Below, one piece after another: positions 11,796 through 23,880 of a stretch of DNA of 64,000 nt. Each line of letters begins with the position of its first letter. The stretch's first letter is position 1. Made by a program: the position numbers and the translations under genes. Location of the stretch: assembly GCA_965112155.1 (NCBI GenBank), contig OZ218099.1. One strand, given 5' to 3'. Below the pieces are notes generated by a model, which was not told where the DNA came from, did no database searches, and worked only from the letters and a program-made list of their open reading frames with translations. Source of the stretch: Podarcis liolepis. Its lineage: Eukaryota.

Positions 11796-13060
11796 TTCTT
11801 CTTCATGCTCAGGCTATGAACTAAAACATTCAGCTTGCTGCAGAGCTAGGCTGCTGGTGACCTAGTTGCAGGAGTGAATTGGCCAGTGACGTTACCATGG
11901 ATGAATGCAGATGTATCATTGTTACATCAGTGTATGATGTCACAGACAGAATGCGCTTCAAACTCCAGCAAAGTGAGAGACCGTTAACAGTCAGACCCAG
12001 GCTTAATGCTGTGGGTATTCGTGACAGATGATGAAAAGGTAAAACATGGGGGCTATGGTATCTTTTACCAAAGGTTACAGCCAGATCAAGCTCTTAAAAG
12101 ATCTTGGTGCCCCCATGTGTATCTAATTCAGGAAATAAGCACTAATAAACTGTAAAATAAAGATTGATTTTTCAAAATGAAGCAGAACCTACAGTAAGGT
12201 GGAAAATAACGTTTATTTTTGAATATTACCACTTTATATTTGAAAACAAACCACCTATTTTTTTCTAATTGCAATGATCAGGGTAAATCCAGCAATGGGA
12301 AATTTCTGAGGTGCCCCCCTTCCCTGCAGGCCCTGAGCACGTGCTTATTTTGCTTAATGCTTAATTCAGCCCTATTCTGGATTAGGGCTACTTGAGTTTG
12401 GGGCAGATTCTTGAAGAAGTGGAACCTTCTGAAGTGACTCTCACTGCTTGCAAATGAGGTTTTCAGCTGTTGAGGTTCTATTGCTCTTTGAACCACAATT
12501 CAACATTTAAAGACAATATGGATTTACACCAGTGCAGGTCAGTGAAATGGACATCTTCGGTAACAAGTCCATCAGATTATAAAACAGATAGGACTGTAGG
12601 GCCCCTCCATCCTTATTATACATTCACTTTCATCATTCATTACTACTTCCTTTCACAATTTTTGTTTTTATTCATGCTTCTTTGATTGCATGCATAACAA
12701 GGTCTGAACCCAGATTGAAATGGGTCAAGTTAAGTGTTTGACTTCAGGTGGTCCCATCCATGTGGTCTCCCAACCGCTGCCCTGCATGACTTATTAAAGC
12801 TTGCAATGGGGGCATGAATTGGTGGATTCAGGAGTTGTCAATGCATTCTCATGGAAGAGGGTAGTCCTAGTTGTCTTGAAAATTGGTGGCTTGATCACTC
12901 CTTAATATTTCCAACATGAGCCTATTGGCTTATGACGACTACTGCGAACAGGTCGCTAATACTGGTTGTTTTGAAATTGAATGGTGGAATGGTGGAGACC
13001 GCCTCCCCATCTTGACTCTTCCAGAGAAGAGGAAGACAGTATAGATTTATAACAGTGGTT

Positions 13061-14068
13061 TGTGGGAGGTCACAGCTCAGGAGCAAGTGAGGGGAATAGT
13101 TGGGAAATAATGGGAGAGGAGAAGGAGGCGGCAGAAGTGGAGCGGCAGCTGGTTGATACAATGTCATTAGAAAGCATCCAGGACCCTCCATCTCCTAGAA
13201 CCCGGCAAGCCTTGAAAGTAGGAGAGCAAAGAGCTCAAAGACAGCGAGTACGTAGCAACACCCGGAGAAGTGACGAATGAGGATGTGGGAGAGACAAGGG
13301 TGGAAAGTCACTTGGGACAACGCCATTATCTAAGAGGCTGAGTTCTCTCTCTGTAAAAATTGAAATAAAAAAGGACGGTAATAAACCTTTCCTTTTCTTT
13401 TTGCTTCCCTGGGCAACCAGCCAGAAGCTGCTGACAGCATCCTGACAAATTGTCCCGAGTCAACTTTAATTGGCGGTTAGGTCATAAATCATGACAGATG
13501 GCGTAGCAGGAGCCACGGGGCAGGCAGCCAACACTGATAACTGAGAAGAACCATTTCAATGGCTTTTACAACAAAATTTATTGTTAAGATCACACATAGT
13601 ACAATTAACCAGCACAATAAATCAACAAAAATGAGAATTCACAAAGATTTCCTGGGGTATCACCTCACAACTGAGGGGGTGCATATGGATCCAGCTAAGG
13701 TGCAGAGTGTAGTTTCGCGGCAGGAGCCCAAGACAAAGAAAGACCTGCAGAGGTTTGTAGCATTGGCCAAATATTACCGCAAGTTCATGTCAGCCTATTC
13801 GAAATTCACTACACCCCTCACGGATTGCTTGTAGGGCAAGAAGCCATTCCAGTTGACAGCTGAGGCACAACAGGCATTTGAGCATCTCAAAACCTTGTTC
13901 TCCTCAGAGGTGTACCCAGCTCATGCAGACCCCCACAGGGTGTTGGTCAAATAAACAGACGCCTTTGACAGAGTGGTTGGTGCTGTGCTGTGAAAGGATG
14001 ACCAAGATGACCAAAGTCTTTATGCTTTCTTGGGCAACCAGCTGGAAGCTGCTGACAGCATCCTGACA
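13061..14068 (+). mobile_element. Ty3/Gypsy remnant downstream of V2R-B
   Basis: LTR about 13061-13447 (TG...CA; 5' end uncertain), RT/RNase H fragment, partial second LTR. Confidence 0.85.
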
Positions 14069-14102
14069 GCAATGTTTGGTCCACGTTCAAAGAAGCTAAG
14101 AA

Positions 14103-15016
14103 TTAGAAACTACCACCTTCACTTTTTGTAGTTAGCTGTTCCTTTGTGTTTAAATCAGGCCTGAGTATGATAATGTAGCACTTGGGAAGGAAGATGCAGC
14201 CCAGAAGTCCAGCACTGGAGGCCAATATAGAGAAGACCTGCACAGCAACCATGAACTTCCCTTTTGTGCTCAGGTAGGTGGGAACAAAGGACACCCAAAC
14301 ACTGCAGAAGACCAGCATGCTGAAGGTGATCAGCTTGGCTTCATTGAAGGACCCTGGAAGCTTTCTGGCTAGAAAAGCCACAGTGAAGCAGATGGCAGCC
14401 AGGAAGCCCATGTAGCCAAGGACAGTGTAGAACATGGCAACAGATCCCTCATTGCATAGAAGGATGATCTCTCTTGCTTGGGAGTGCATGTCGGAGTCTG
14501 GGAAGGGTGGGGAGATTCCCAGCCAGATGCTGCAGATGACAACCTGAATACTGGAACAGGAAAGGACAATGGAGTTGGCCAGACTCTTCCCCAGCCATCT
14601 CCTCACCCTGTTCCCTGGCTTTGTGGCCAGGAAGGCCAGCACCACAGTGATGGTTTTTGCCAAAACAGAAGAGACAGCAACTGAGAAGATGATGCTGAAG
14701 ACTATTTGTCTGAGAAGGCAGGTCACTTTCCTTGGCCGGCCGATGAACAGGAAGGAGGAAAAAAAGGAAAGCAGGAGGGAGCTGAGGAGTATATAGGATA
14801 AATCCCGATTGTTAGCTTTGACTATGGGAGTTTCCATGTATTTAATGAAGATTCCTTTCACAATGCCAGTGGTCAAGGACAAGAAGAGGGCAAAGGAAAC
14901 CAGCACAATCCCCAAGGGTTCTTCATAAGTGAGAAATGTTATAGTCTTGGGGACACATTTGTCTCGTGCTTGATTTGCATTCTTATCTTCTGGGCATCTG
15001 GTGCAATGCTTTGCAT
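14103..15016 (-). CDS. V2R: V2R-B exon 6 (7TM)
   Basis: cag|AT GCA AAG; 914 bp to TAA. Confidence 0.92.
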
Positions 15017-18000
15017 CTGAAGAGAAGAAGAAGGACTTCAGCATAACTCACAAAACTCTTACATCCATACCTGTCTGTTTTCTGACAGAGGTTGCCATGG
15101 TGATGGGGTGTGCGTTTGAGGTGTCAGGAAAATACAGTCTTTAGCAAGATGTGCTGGGAAGAATAAGGCAGAGAATAAGGCAGAGAATAAGAATAAGGCA
15201 GAGAATAAAAATAAGGCAGAGAACAAGGAGGCACCCATTTTGACGCTCCTTCAGGTATACTGGGCCGAGGCCATTTAGGGCTTTAAAGGTCAACACCAGC
15301 ACTTTGAATTGTGCTCGGAAACGTACTGGGAGCCAATGTAGGTCTTTCAAGACCGGTGTTATGTGGTCTCGGCGGTCGCCCCCAGTCACCAGTCTAGCTG
15401 CCGCATTCTGGATTAGTTGTAGTTTCCGAGTCACCTTCAAAGGTAGCCCCACGTAGAGCGCATTGCAGTAGTCCAAGCGGGAGATAACTAGAGCATGCAC
15501 CACTCTGGCAAGACAGTCCGTGGGCAGGTAGGGTCTCAGCCTGCGTACCAGCTGGAGTTGGTAGACAGCTGCCCTGGATACAGAATTGACCTGCGCCTCC
15601 ATGGACAGCTGTGAGTCCAAAATGACTCCCAGGCTGTGCACCTGGTCCTTCAGGGGCACAGTTACCCTATTCAGGACCAGGGAGTCCTCCACACCAGCTC
15701 GCCCCTGTCCCCCAAAAACAGTATTCTGTCTTGTCAGGATTCAACTTCAATCCATTAGCTGCCATCCATCCTCCAACCGCATATTGATGGACACCCAGTC
15801 CAAACCCCCTGATGATCTCTTCCAGCGGCTTCATATAGATGTTAAAAAGCATGGGGGAGAGGACGGAACCCTGAGGCACCCCACAAGTGAGGGCCCAGGG
15901 GTCTGAACACTCATTCCCCACCACCACTTTCCGAACACGGCCCAGGAGGAAGGAGCGAAACCACTGTATAACAGTGCCCCCAGCTCCCAGCCCCTCTAGA
16001 TGGTCCAGAAGGATGTTGTGGTTGATTGTATCAAAGGCCACCGACAGATCCAGCAGAACTAGGAAACAACTCTCACCTTTGTCCCTAGCTCGCCGGAGAT
16101 CATCAACCAGCGCGACCAAGGCAGTTTCAGTCCCATGATGAGGCCTGAATCCCGATTGGAGGGGATCCAAATGGTCCGCATCCTCCAGGCGTGCCTGGAG
16201 TTGTTCAGCAACCACGCGCTCAATCACCTTGCCCAAGAATGGAAGATTTGAGACTGGGCGATAGTTGGCCATACTGGCCGGGTCTAAAGATGTTTTTTTT
16301 AAGAAGCGGTTTAATGACCGCCTCTTTCAGCGGATCTGGGAATGTTCCCTCACAGAGGGAAGCATTCACCACCCCGCAGAGCCCATCGCCCAGCCCTTCC
16401 CGGCTTGCTTTTATTAGCCAGGATGGGCAAGGATCAAGGAGACAGGTGGTTGGTTTCACACGTCCAAGCAGCCTGTCCACATCCTCGGGGGTAATGGATT
16501 GAAATTGATTCCATGCGACTTGACCAGACAGAGCTCTAGCACTCTCCCGCCCCAGCCCTGCTCCCACGGTGGTGTCTAGGTCCTTCCGAATATGAGTGAT
16601 TTTATCTTCAAAAAACTTTGCAAAATTGTTGCAGGAGATCTTGGGGTCTTTACAAGGCCCCGGTGGTAAAGGTGGTTCCGTTAAATTGCGAACCACCTGA
16701 AAGAGTCTCCTGCTACTATTTTCTGCAGATGCAATAGAGACGGCGAAGAAGACTTTCTTCTACTTTTCTTTCTACCAAGTCGCTATCGCCACTTGGTAGG
16801 CTCGACGTTGAGCTCTAACCTGTGTCCGGTCAGATTTGGAGTGAGTTTTCTGCCACCGACGCTCTAGCTGTCTCAGCGATTGTTTCATTGCCCTCAGCTC
16901 CGAAGAAAACCACGGGGCTGTCCAGGCTCCATGCAATCGGAGAGGGAGCTTCGGAGCCAGACAGTTGATAGCCCTGGTTAACTCCGCATTCCAGCGGGCC
17001 ACCAGGGAATCAGCTAAAAGGCCATCAACATGGGCTAAAGCATCCCCTACCACTCTCTGGAAACCATTTGGATCCATTAAGTGGCGGGGGCGGACCATCT
17101 GAATTGGTCCCACCTCCCTGCAGAGGGGAAGGGTCGCGGAGAAGTCCAGTTGCACCAGGAAGTGATCTGACCATGGCACTTCTTTGGTTTCGCTTTTACT
17201 TAGTGTCAGATCACCCACGTCACTAGAGGTGAACACCAGGTCTAAGGCATGTCCATGACTATGAGTTGGGCCAAACTTATTCAGGGACAGCCCCATGGAG
17301 GCCATGCTTTCCATGAAGTCCCGAGCAGCTCCTTGTAAGGTCGTGTCGGCATGGATGTTAAAATCCCCCAGGACAACCAAACTAGGTGTCTCCAGGAGAA
17401 AATCCGCCACGACCTGAAGCAGCTCGGACAGGGTTATCCTTGGTGCAGCGGGGAGGTCGGTACACCAAAAGGAATCCTGTACTGTCCCTATTGCCCAACT
17501 TCCAGAACATGCACTCAGAAAACTGGATCTTCCCAGTAGGACGCCTGGTGCAAGCTAGTGACTTCCTAAAAATCACTGCAACCCCCCCCTCCCCGCCCAC
17601 ATGACCTGGGTTGCTGTGCGTAAGAGAAACCTGGTGGGCAAGCAGCGGCAAGGACAGGCCCATCTGCTTCCTCCAACCAGGACTCTGTCACACATGCCAG
17701 GTCAAATCCTCCATCCACAATCAGGTCGTGGATGGCAGTGGTTTTATTCATCATTGACCTGGCATTACACAGCAACACCTTCAGATCATGTGGGTTTCCC
17801 CTGTTGATTCCAGTATCCATCTGGTCAAGGCCAGACCTGGAGGCAGGGATAGTCTTCAAACAACGAGTAAACCTGCCTCCTCGGTAATGACATGGTCTGG
17901 TCTTAGCGTAACTCCACCTCCTGCCCATGATCACTGAGATCGGATGTCCCACTGGAACAGGGAAGCAATGGCAGAACACTTCCCACACTTCCTCAAAAGT

Positions 18001-21000
18001 TTGTTCCAAATAAGGGCCTGGGCCATGCCCCCTGGGCCAGTTGGAAAAAGCCTTGGAAGGGAGCAGGCCCTGCAGTCCTCACTCAGCCGATGGTCCAAGG
18101 CCTCACCGCAGCAGGAGTCCCTTTATAGCTGGGAGAGAGGGCCTGGGCCACGCCCCCTGGGCCAGTTGGAAAAGGCCCTGGAAGGGAGCAGGCCCTGCAG
18201 TCCTCACCCAGCCGATGTGCGGCACTGCTATAGTAAACAAGTCGCTCTTGATCATGTGCTAAGCTGGACTTCCTCCATGCAGACTGAAGGTGTAAATATG
18301 TGAATAAATCATATTTCTTAAAGATACAGCAGTCTCCCCTGAGTCTTCAGTTCTCCAAAGGAGCATGAACCCTGTGTGACCCCTGGAATCCCATGAAATC
18401 TTGCCTCTCCCTTTCTTCTGGAGTCACCCACCTTCCTGAACGGAGATGGTCCCTTCCGCACAAGGAGCACAATCATAGCAGCAAATGGGCTCTCCTTCTT
18501 TAGCAACTCTGGCATATCCAGGGCGACAGCTTTCGGTGCATTTTGAACGAGGCACAACCTAAAAACTAAGAAAAGGAGCATCCAAGGAGATCAGCATAAA
18601 TTACAGACATCATCTGAAGGCTCTGACTAAAAAAATGCTCAAATAAAAATCATTTTTAGAATACTGAGACCAGGTTGAAAGCTTTAAAATGGGAGTGAGA
18701 CACTTCCAAATTTGGTAGAACTGTGGAGAACTCATTTTCTTTCTGACATAAAGTTTCATTTTTAATTGTTGAACGCAAATATTGTTGAACACAAAGGATT
18801 AAACAAACTATGGCCTTTTAAACTGCATTTGAGATTTATTGAAGCTCCATAGAGAAAAGGTGGGATATAAGTGCAACAAATAAACAGATAAATGAATGAA
18901 TTCAATGACCTTGCTGAATTTCCCAGGCCACATAATGGCTTCTGGTTTAATGGAGAATTTTATGTCAGAGGATGCCTGTCCCTCGATGCTCCCAACTTTC
19001 TTTCTGCTCTGAGATCTATTGGGAAATACGACCCAGTTCACGATATCAAAGTTGGCAGTCAGCTCCCCATTCTGATCAGAATACATCCCTCCTATGGATG
19101 AATTGGAAAGCCAAATTTCTTTCAAGAAAGTGTGAAGCTAGAATGGCAGAGAAAACACGAGCTTTAGAAAACATGATATCCGGATTTTGTGAGAAAACAG
19201 AAGGCTTGTGTGCAAACTCCATAAGAGATGAGAGTAAATTATGTTTAAACAAAATAATTGCAGGATATTTCTGGGTATATGATTGAGCAAAGCTTTTCAT
19301 GACTTTGGATATTTTGTGGGGCGTAGTCTTGTTTTTCTTAGATAATTGAGTAAGGTTCCAGACATCTTACCAGTTTTGAGAGAATGGTCCTAAATCAAGG
19401 ACACTGAGGCCTTGTGCCAGCTAAAGATAACAACCTTTTGGTCATTACAACTGGTCTTTTATCAGGTTATAAATTCACAGGAAATGTGACTCAAATAAAC
19501 ACAAATAGAGGACACATCCTAGCAAGCACTTGGCAACTAACAAGGCTTTTAATTGGCTTTAACCGATCCTATTGTGATTTCAACTTTCTGTGTTTTAAAT
19601 AAGGGTTTTCTTTAGTGAATTTCTTTTCATTTTAACTTTTTTGTAAAGTGGTTTGAGGTTTTTTTCAGGAGTCAAGTAATACTGTATATAAATGTTATGA
19701 GCTAAATATAGTAATTAATCAACTAATTAATTAATTATGCAAGAGAACGCTCCTTAACAATTTTTCATAGCTTATTTTGTGCTTTGAAAGATTCCCCCTA
19801 CCTTTCCCAAATTATCTATTAAAAAAATTATTTTAATCAATTTTCAAAGTATATTAGAACCACAAAAATAGATGAACGATTAAAAAAAACTTATTAACAT
19901 GTCCTACTAAAGACAGGGCATAGGAAACCTAAACATATTTAACAATAACAATGAGGTAAACTACAAAGAATATAAAATCTGAAATGGATTCCAGAAGGTA
20001 TTTACAAAAAAGGGGGAGAGGACAGACCTGCCATGGCTGCAACCTTTGAAGTTCCAATCTGTCTCCTCCACTCGCCATTAACATCCATTTGGATCTGGAT
20101 GAATATGCAACATTTAAGGCCTGGGCCACAAACTGGACGCCATAGTAAGTTCTGTAGCGGTCTTGAGACCAGATTTCCCCCATCTCTTTCTGGGACAATG
20201 CTTCCAGTGGTTCCTTTTCTGTGCATCTTGTCCAACCCTCCACGGATAGCACACTGTTTGAACATGTACAACTGAATGCTCTTGACCAAAACTGTGCAGC
20301 TGCAGCTCTAGCTTTAAATGAAAGTGGAGTATAGTAGCCATGTTCTGTCCGTTTTTTGGTATTCATCACAAAGGACAAAGAACCTTGGGCAGGCTCGAAG
20401 TAATCTGTGCCACCAAACAACATCTCATCAATGTCCAGAAGATCTGTTGTGATCCAGACTATCCCCTCAGATTTCCTCACTTCATGAAGTCTTTGTAACA
20501 TCACAATTGGATAAATTCTGTGCTCAGAGTCCCCATAATAAACAAACACCTTGACTTGTCTCAAATCAGATGGTTTACAATGTAAGGATGACATTTGTCC
20601 CAGGGTCGAAATATGAATTTTTTCCAAGAAAGCAACACAGATCCCACTGCGGATCATCAGAAGGGTGAAGGCTCTTAGGAACCTTTCTCCATTGTCATTG
20701 TCTGGAACAAAGAGACCGATCCACGTCCACCCAAAATGTAGCAACAACTTGATAATCCCCATGTGCTGGGTTTCTTCTTTGGGGACCATCCGGTAGACAA
20801 AAGGGAACTGGGTTTTGTCATTCAGATCCTGAGCAGCAGAGCCAAAACTGATCTAGCAAGAAAAGGATTGGTGTCATGTTTTCAGGAATACACAAGAAAG
20901 GCCTCATTGCATGATCAGGCCAAAGGGCCATCTCTTCACAGTAGCGAACCAGAGGCTTATGGGATGCATGCCATGCCTCTGATGGTGGAATCCTGTTCAG

Positions 21001-22822
21001 AAGAGGACCTGGAGTTTACAGAGAAGGAAGTGGCTCCAATGGACACTGGGGCAGAACAGGGCATCTGGGTCTTGTGGGGTCATGACACCCCAAAGTCTTC
21101 CTAGAGTCACAATGGGGCACTACACAGAATGAGAGGCAGAAGGTAAGCAGCTGCACAGTTTGGAGGAGTGCAAGTACTTAAACTTCTGTGTTCAGTTAGC
21201 TGTCAGACATCCACTGGTCTTCCTGAGAAACAAGAACCCTTTAGGGGCCAGGGGTACTTTCAACCACATCTTCCTATTGACAAACCGGAGAGGGAGATAG
21301 GAAGTGGCTGAGGGTTTTCTAACTCACTTTCCACTTTATTGCAATGTGATTTCCACCCCCCTTTGGTCTTTCTTTTTGCGTGCTACTCTTTTGTGTTCCC
21401 TGGAAAATTTGGCCCTTAGGACATTGCTGAAGTACAACTTCCATCAGTCTGTACAAGCATGGCTAATGGCCAGATAGTTGGCTTTGCAGTTTAGAAACTT
21501 CTTGGGGCATGAAGGGGTTCCTGACCACTGCTAGAGAGACAGCAGAGAGGAATTAAACACAATAGATCTCTTCCCTTCCAATTCCTACCTGGGGCATTTT
21601 GTAGATGCCTAACATGCTTGAAATCTGGCTGGGGATTTCAGAAGAAGTTGCTTCAAAAACAGCCAACACGTTATTCTGTCTTCCACAGCTGTAGTTTGGA
21701 ATACTGTCTAGCATGGCATCGGCAGTTGTCCTGACATCAAAAGCGGCCTCATAGATGCTATAGCCCAGGGTGACATTGGCTAAATGCTTAAGATGCCGGG
21801 TGATCTCCTGGGTTGCAAACAAGATGGAGAGGACTGGTGAGATATCCTCTGCTGACCAACTGCAAATAAATGAATACACAAAAAATCATTTTAGCCTTCC
21901 ATTCTCCATTAAATGAAAACAACTCCTTGTTCTATACAAGTTATATCTAACGGGAAAATCTGCAGCTAGGAAGGAGCAGAATCTTGCCCAGATCCACCAA
22001 CAAAGAAAGGAGTAGCATTTAGGAGAGCTTGAGCTGGGGTGAATTAGATTGCAATTTAGAGTTCCTTAAGTTGGCAAGAACTATTTACAGGATGAGAAGA
22101 TATGAAAGAGAGAAATGCCCTCTCTTGGTCTACCCACCTTAACTTCTGAGTCTCGTGGAACACCTAGTAAGGTTCCTATACTGATTTGAGCATTCCCGCG
22201 AGTCTGAAGGGAAGGTGGTGGTATCCTTACATTCCAATTTTTACACATTCTTTGACCCACAAATGTAAGATTGCACCGTGGATTAAGAACTTATTTAAGA
22301 TACGTTGTAATCCACATACACCCAACACACCAGGGACATTTAATTTAGACAGTTTGTTGGGAATAAAGGAATAGAGGAAGCTGTCAAAGCTGTTAATACT
22401 TGACTAGGAAGAAGCACCCTTTTTCATGAGACATGAGATGATCAACTATGCTTTAGCTGCATTAATGAAACTGAAGCCCAAAATAGGGAAAGGGTTCTGA
22501 AACAACCTTTTTGTTTGCAGGATACCAAGGGGCATGGCCAGAAACTAGATGCTGCCTCTGGAAAACAGCAATAAATGTGAATGCAGACTGGGTAACATAA
22601 AGACACTTATGTCATAACAGTGTTTTTGGGATGAAGTGAAAAGTTGATTGGGTAAGTTCTAAAAGCTTTTGGAAATATAACCTGACTAATGAGGTGGTCT
22701 CCTGGCCTGTAATAATTCAACGGATCAGTTCCTATATTTCGGTTCAATGGGCATTTAGCTTTAAGCATCCTACTGGCTCCATGGGGCATTAGCAGCAGAA
22801 ACAGCAGCAGCAGAAATATCAT
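14103..22822 (-). CDS. V2R: V2R gene B (all exons open, 858 aa if spliced; exon-1 donor is AT, so possibly a pseudogene)
   Basis: Exons 22822-22611, 21859-21589, 20852-20028, 19137-18910, 18558-18432, 15016-14103; intron 1 starts ataagt rather than gtaagt. Confidence 0.88.
15159..15225. repeat. Short tandem expansion of AGAATAAGGCAG
   Basis: About 4-5 imperfect units; single copy in D and E. Confidence 0.85.
15243..18221 (-). mobile_element. L2-clade LINE, 3'-truncated, in V2R-B intron 5
   Basis: APE endonuclease (LLCNARS, CVTESWL, LGDFNIH, SDH), RT ([23 protein letters not shown]), [13 protein letters not shown]; several frameshifts; YADD region deleted; duplicated ~80-bp unit in the 5' region (about 18013-18217). 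Confidence 0.9.
18432..18558 (-). CDS. V2R: V2R-B exon 5
   Basis: [15 protein letters not shown]...CCYDCAPC, 127 bp. Confidence 0.9.
18910..19137 (-). CDS. V2R: V2R-B exon 4
   Basis: 228 bp open, AG/GT boundaries. Confidence 0.9.
20028..20852 (-). CDS. V2R: V2R-B exon 3
   Basis: 825 bp open, ISFGS...QPWQ|gt. Confidence 0.9.
21589..21859 (-). CDS. V2R: V2R-B exon 2
   Basis: AG/GT boundaries, 271 bp, PNYSC. Confidence 0.9.
22611..22822 (-). CDS. V2R: V2R-B exon 1
   Basis: [15 protein letters not shown]...PKNTVM; donor mutated to AC|ataagt. Confidence 0.8.
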
Positions 22823-23312
22823 CCTGGCTATGCCTGCAAGAATCATACACTCTTGTGACAGCAGTGACATTAGAAGCACAGCTGGACTCCTACAGTAGCT
22901 TCAGAAGCAAAGGTAGAAAAAGGAAACCTCCCACAGAAACAAGCCCTGCCAGCCCCAAATCTCTCAGGCCGGGCTTCTGATATTTATGACCCAGTTCTTC
23001 ATTCAGGCTTGTGACAATAAGTTATCTGATGCTGCCTGTGATTCTGATGTTTTGTTATTTGTGGACTCCAAGACCATAGTTGGGGAAATCCCTGGACTAG
23101 ATAAACAAATCACCATGATTTTGATAATTATAGGGTTAAGAAGGTCCACCTCCTCTGCAACTCCCTGGAATCGGTGAGTGACTCAATGGGCAGCTGCAGA
23201 GCCAGAGCAAAACATGTTTGTGAGAACTCAAAGATGGGACTCTCAATCTGGGCCCTGCTAAACCTGAGGAAACATTAACTTTAGTAAAGTCCAAGAAACT
23301 ATAGAATAGCTA

Positions 23313-23830
23313 ATGTTATGATTAGTTGGGTCCAGGATCTGGGTCACACTATTGATTTTGAAAGGTGGGAAAAACTGTGGACTAAATCAAATTTACAGCA
23401 TATGTGTCACTCAAAGAAAATGTATTTAAGATGATGTACCGATGGTATGTCACACCTGCCAAACTTGCTAAAATCTATATTAATCAAGACAAAAATTGTT
23501 GGAAGTGTAAGGAGAAGAATTTCCGCCATATGTGGTGGACTTGCTCCAAAGTGAAAGCCTTCTGGGATATAATATATGAGTTAAAAAAGGTTTTGAAATA
23601 TAAGTTCAATAAAAAAACAGAGGCATTTTTATTAGGTTTAATTGGTGAAGAAATACATAAAAGAGAGGTAAACATGTTTATGTATGCCACAACGACTGCA
23701 AGAACACTTCTGGCTCAGAAATGGAAGCAGCAGGAACTCCCAACACTGGAAGATTGGCAGGTCAAGATGGTGGAGTATGTACAGATGGCCACGTTGACGG
23801 GGAAGATTCGGAATCAGTGTGATGAACTGT

Positions 23831-23866
<36 letters not shown>

Positions 23867-23880
23867 AGGAAGGAAAGAAA
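23313..23880 (+). mobile_element. L1-clade ORF2 3' fragment with (GAAA)n tail, upstream of V2R-B
   Basis: ORF 23404-23832 (YRWYVTP, CWKC, HMWWTC); flanked by a 107-bp direct duplication. Confidence 0.85.

Noticed and set aside
22600-22612. U12-type AT-AC intron as an explanation for the B donor
   Set aside because: Lacks the ATATCCT consensus and the acceptor is AG.
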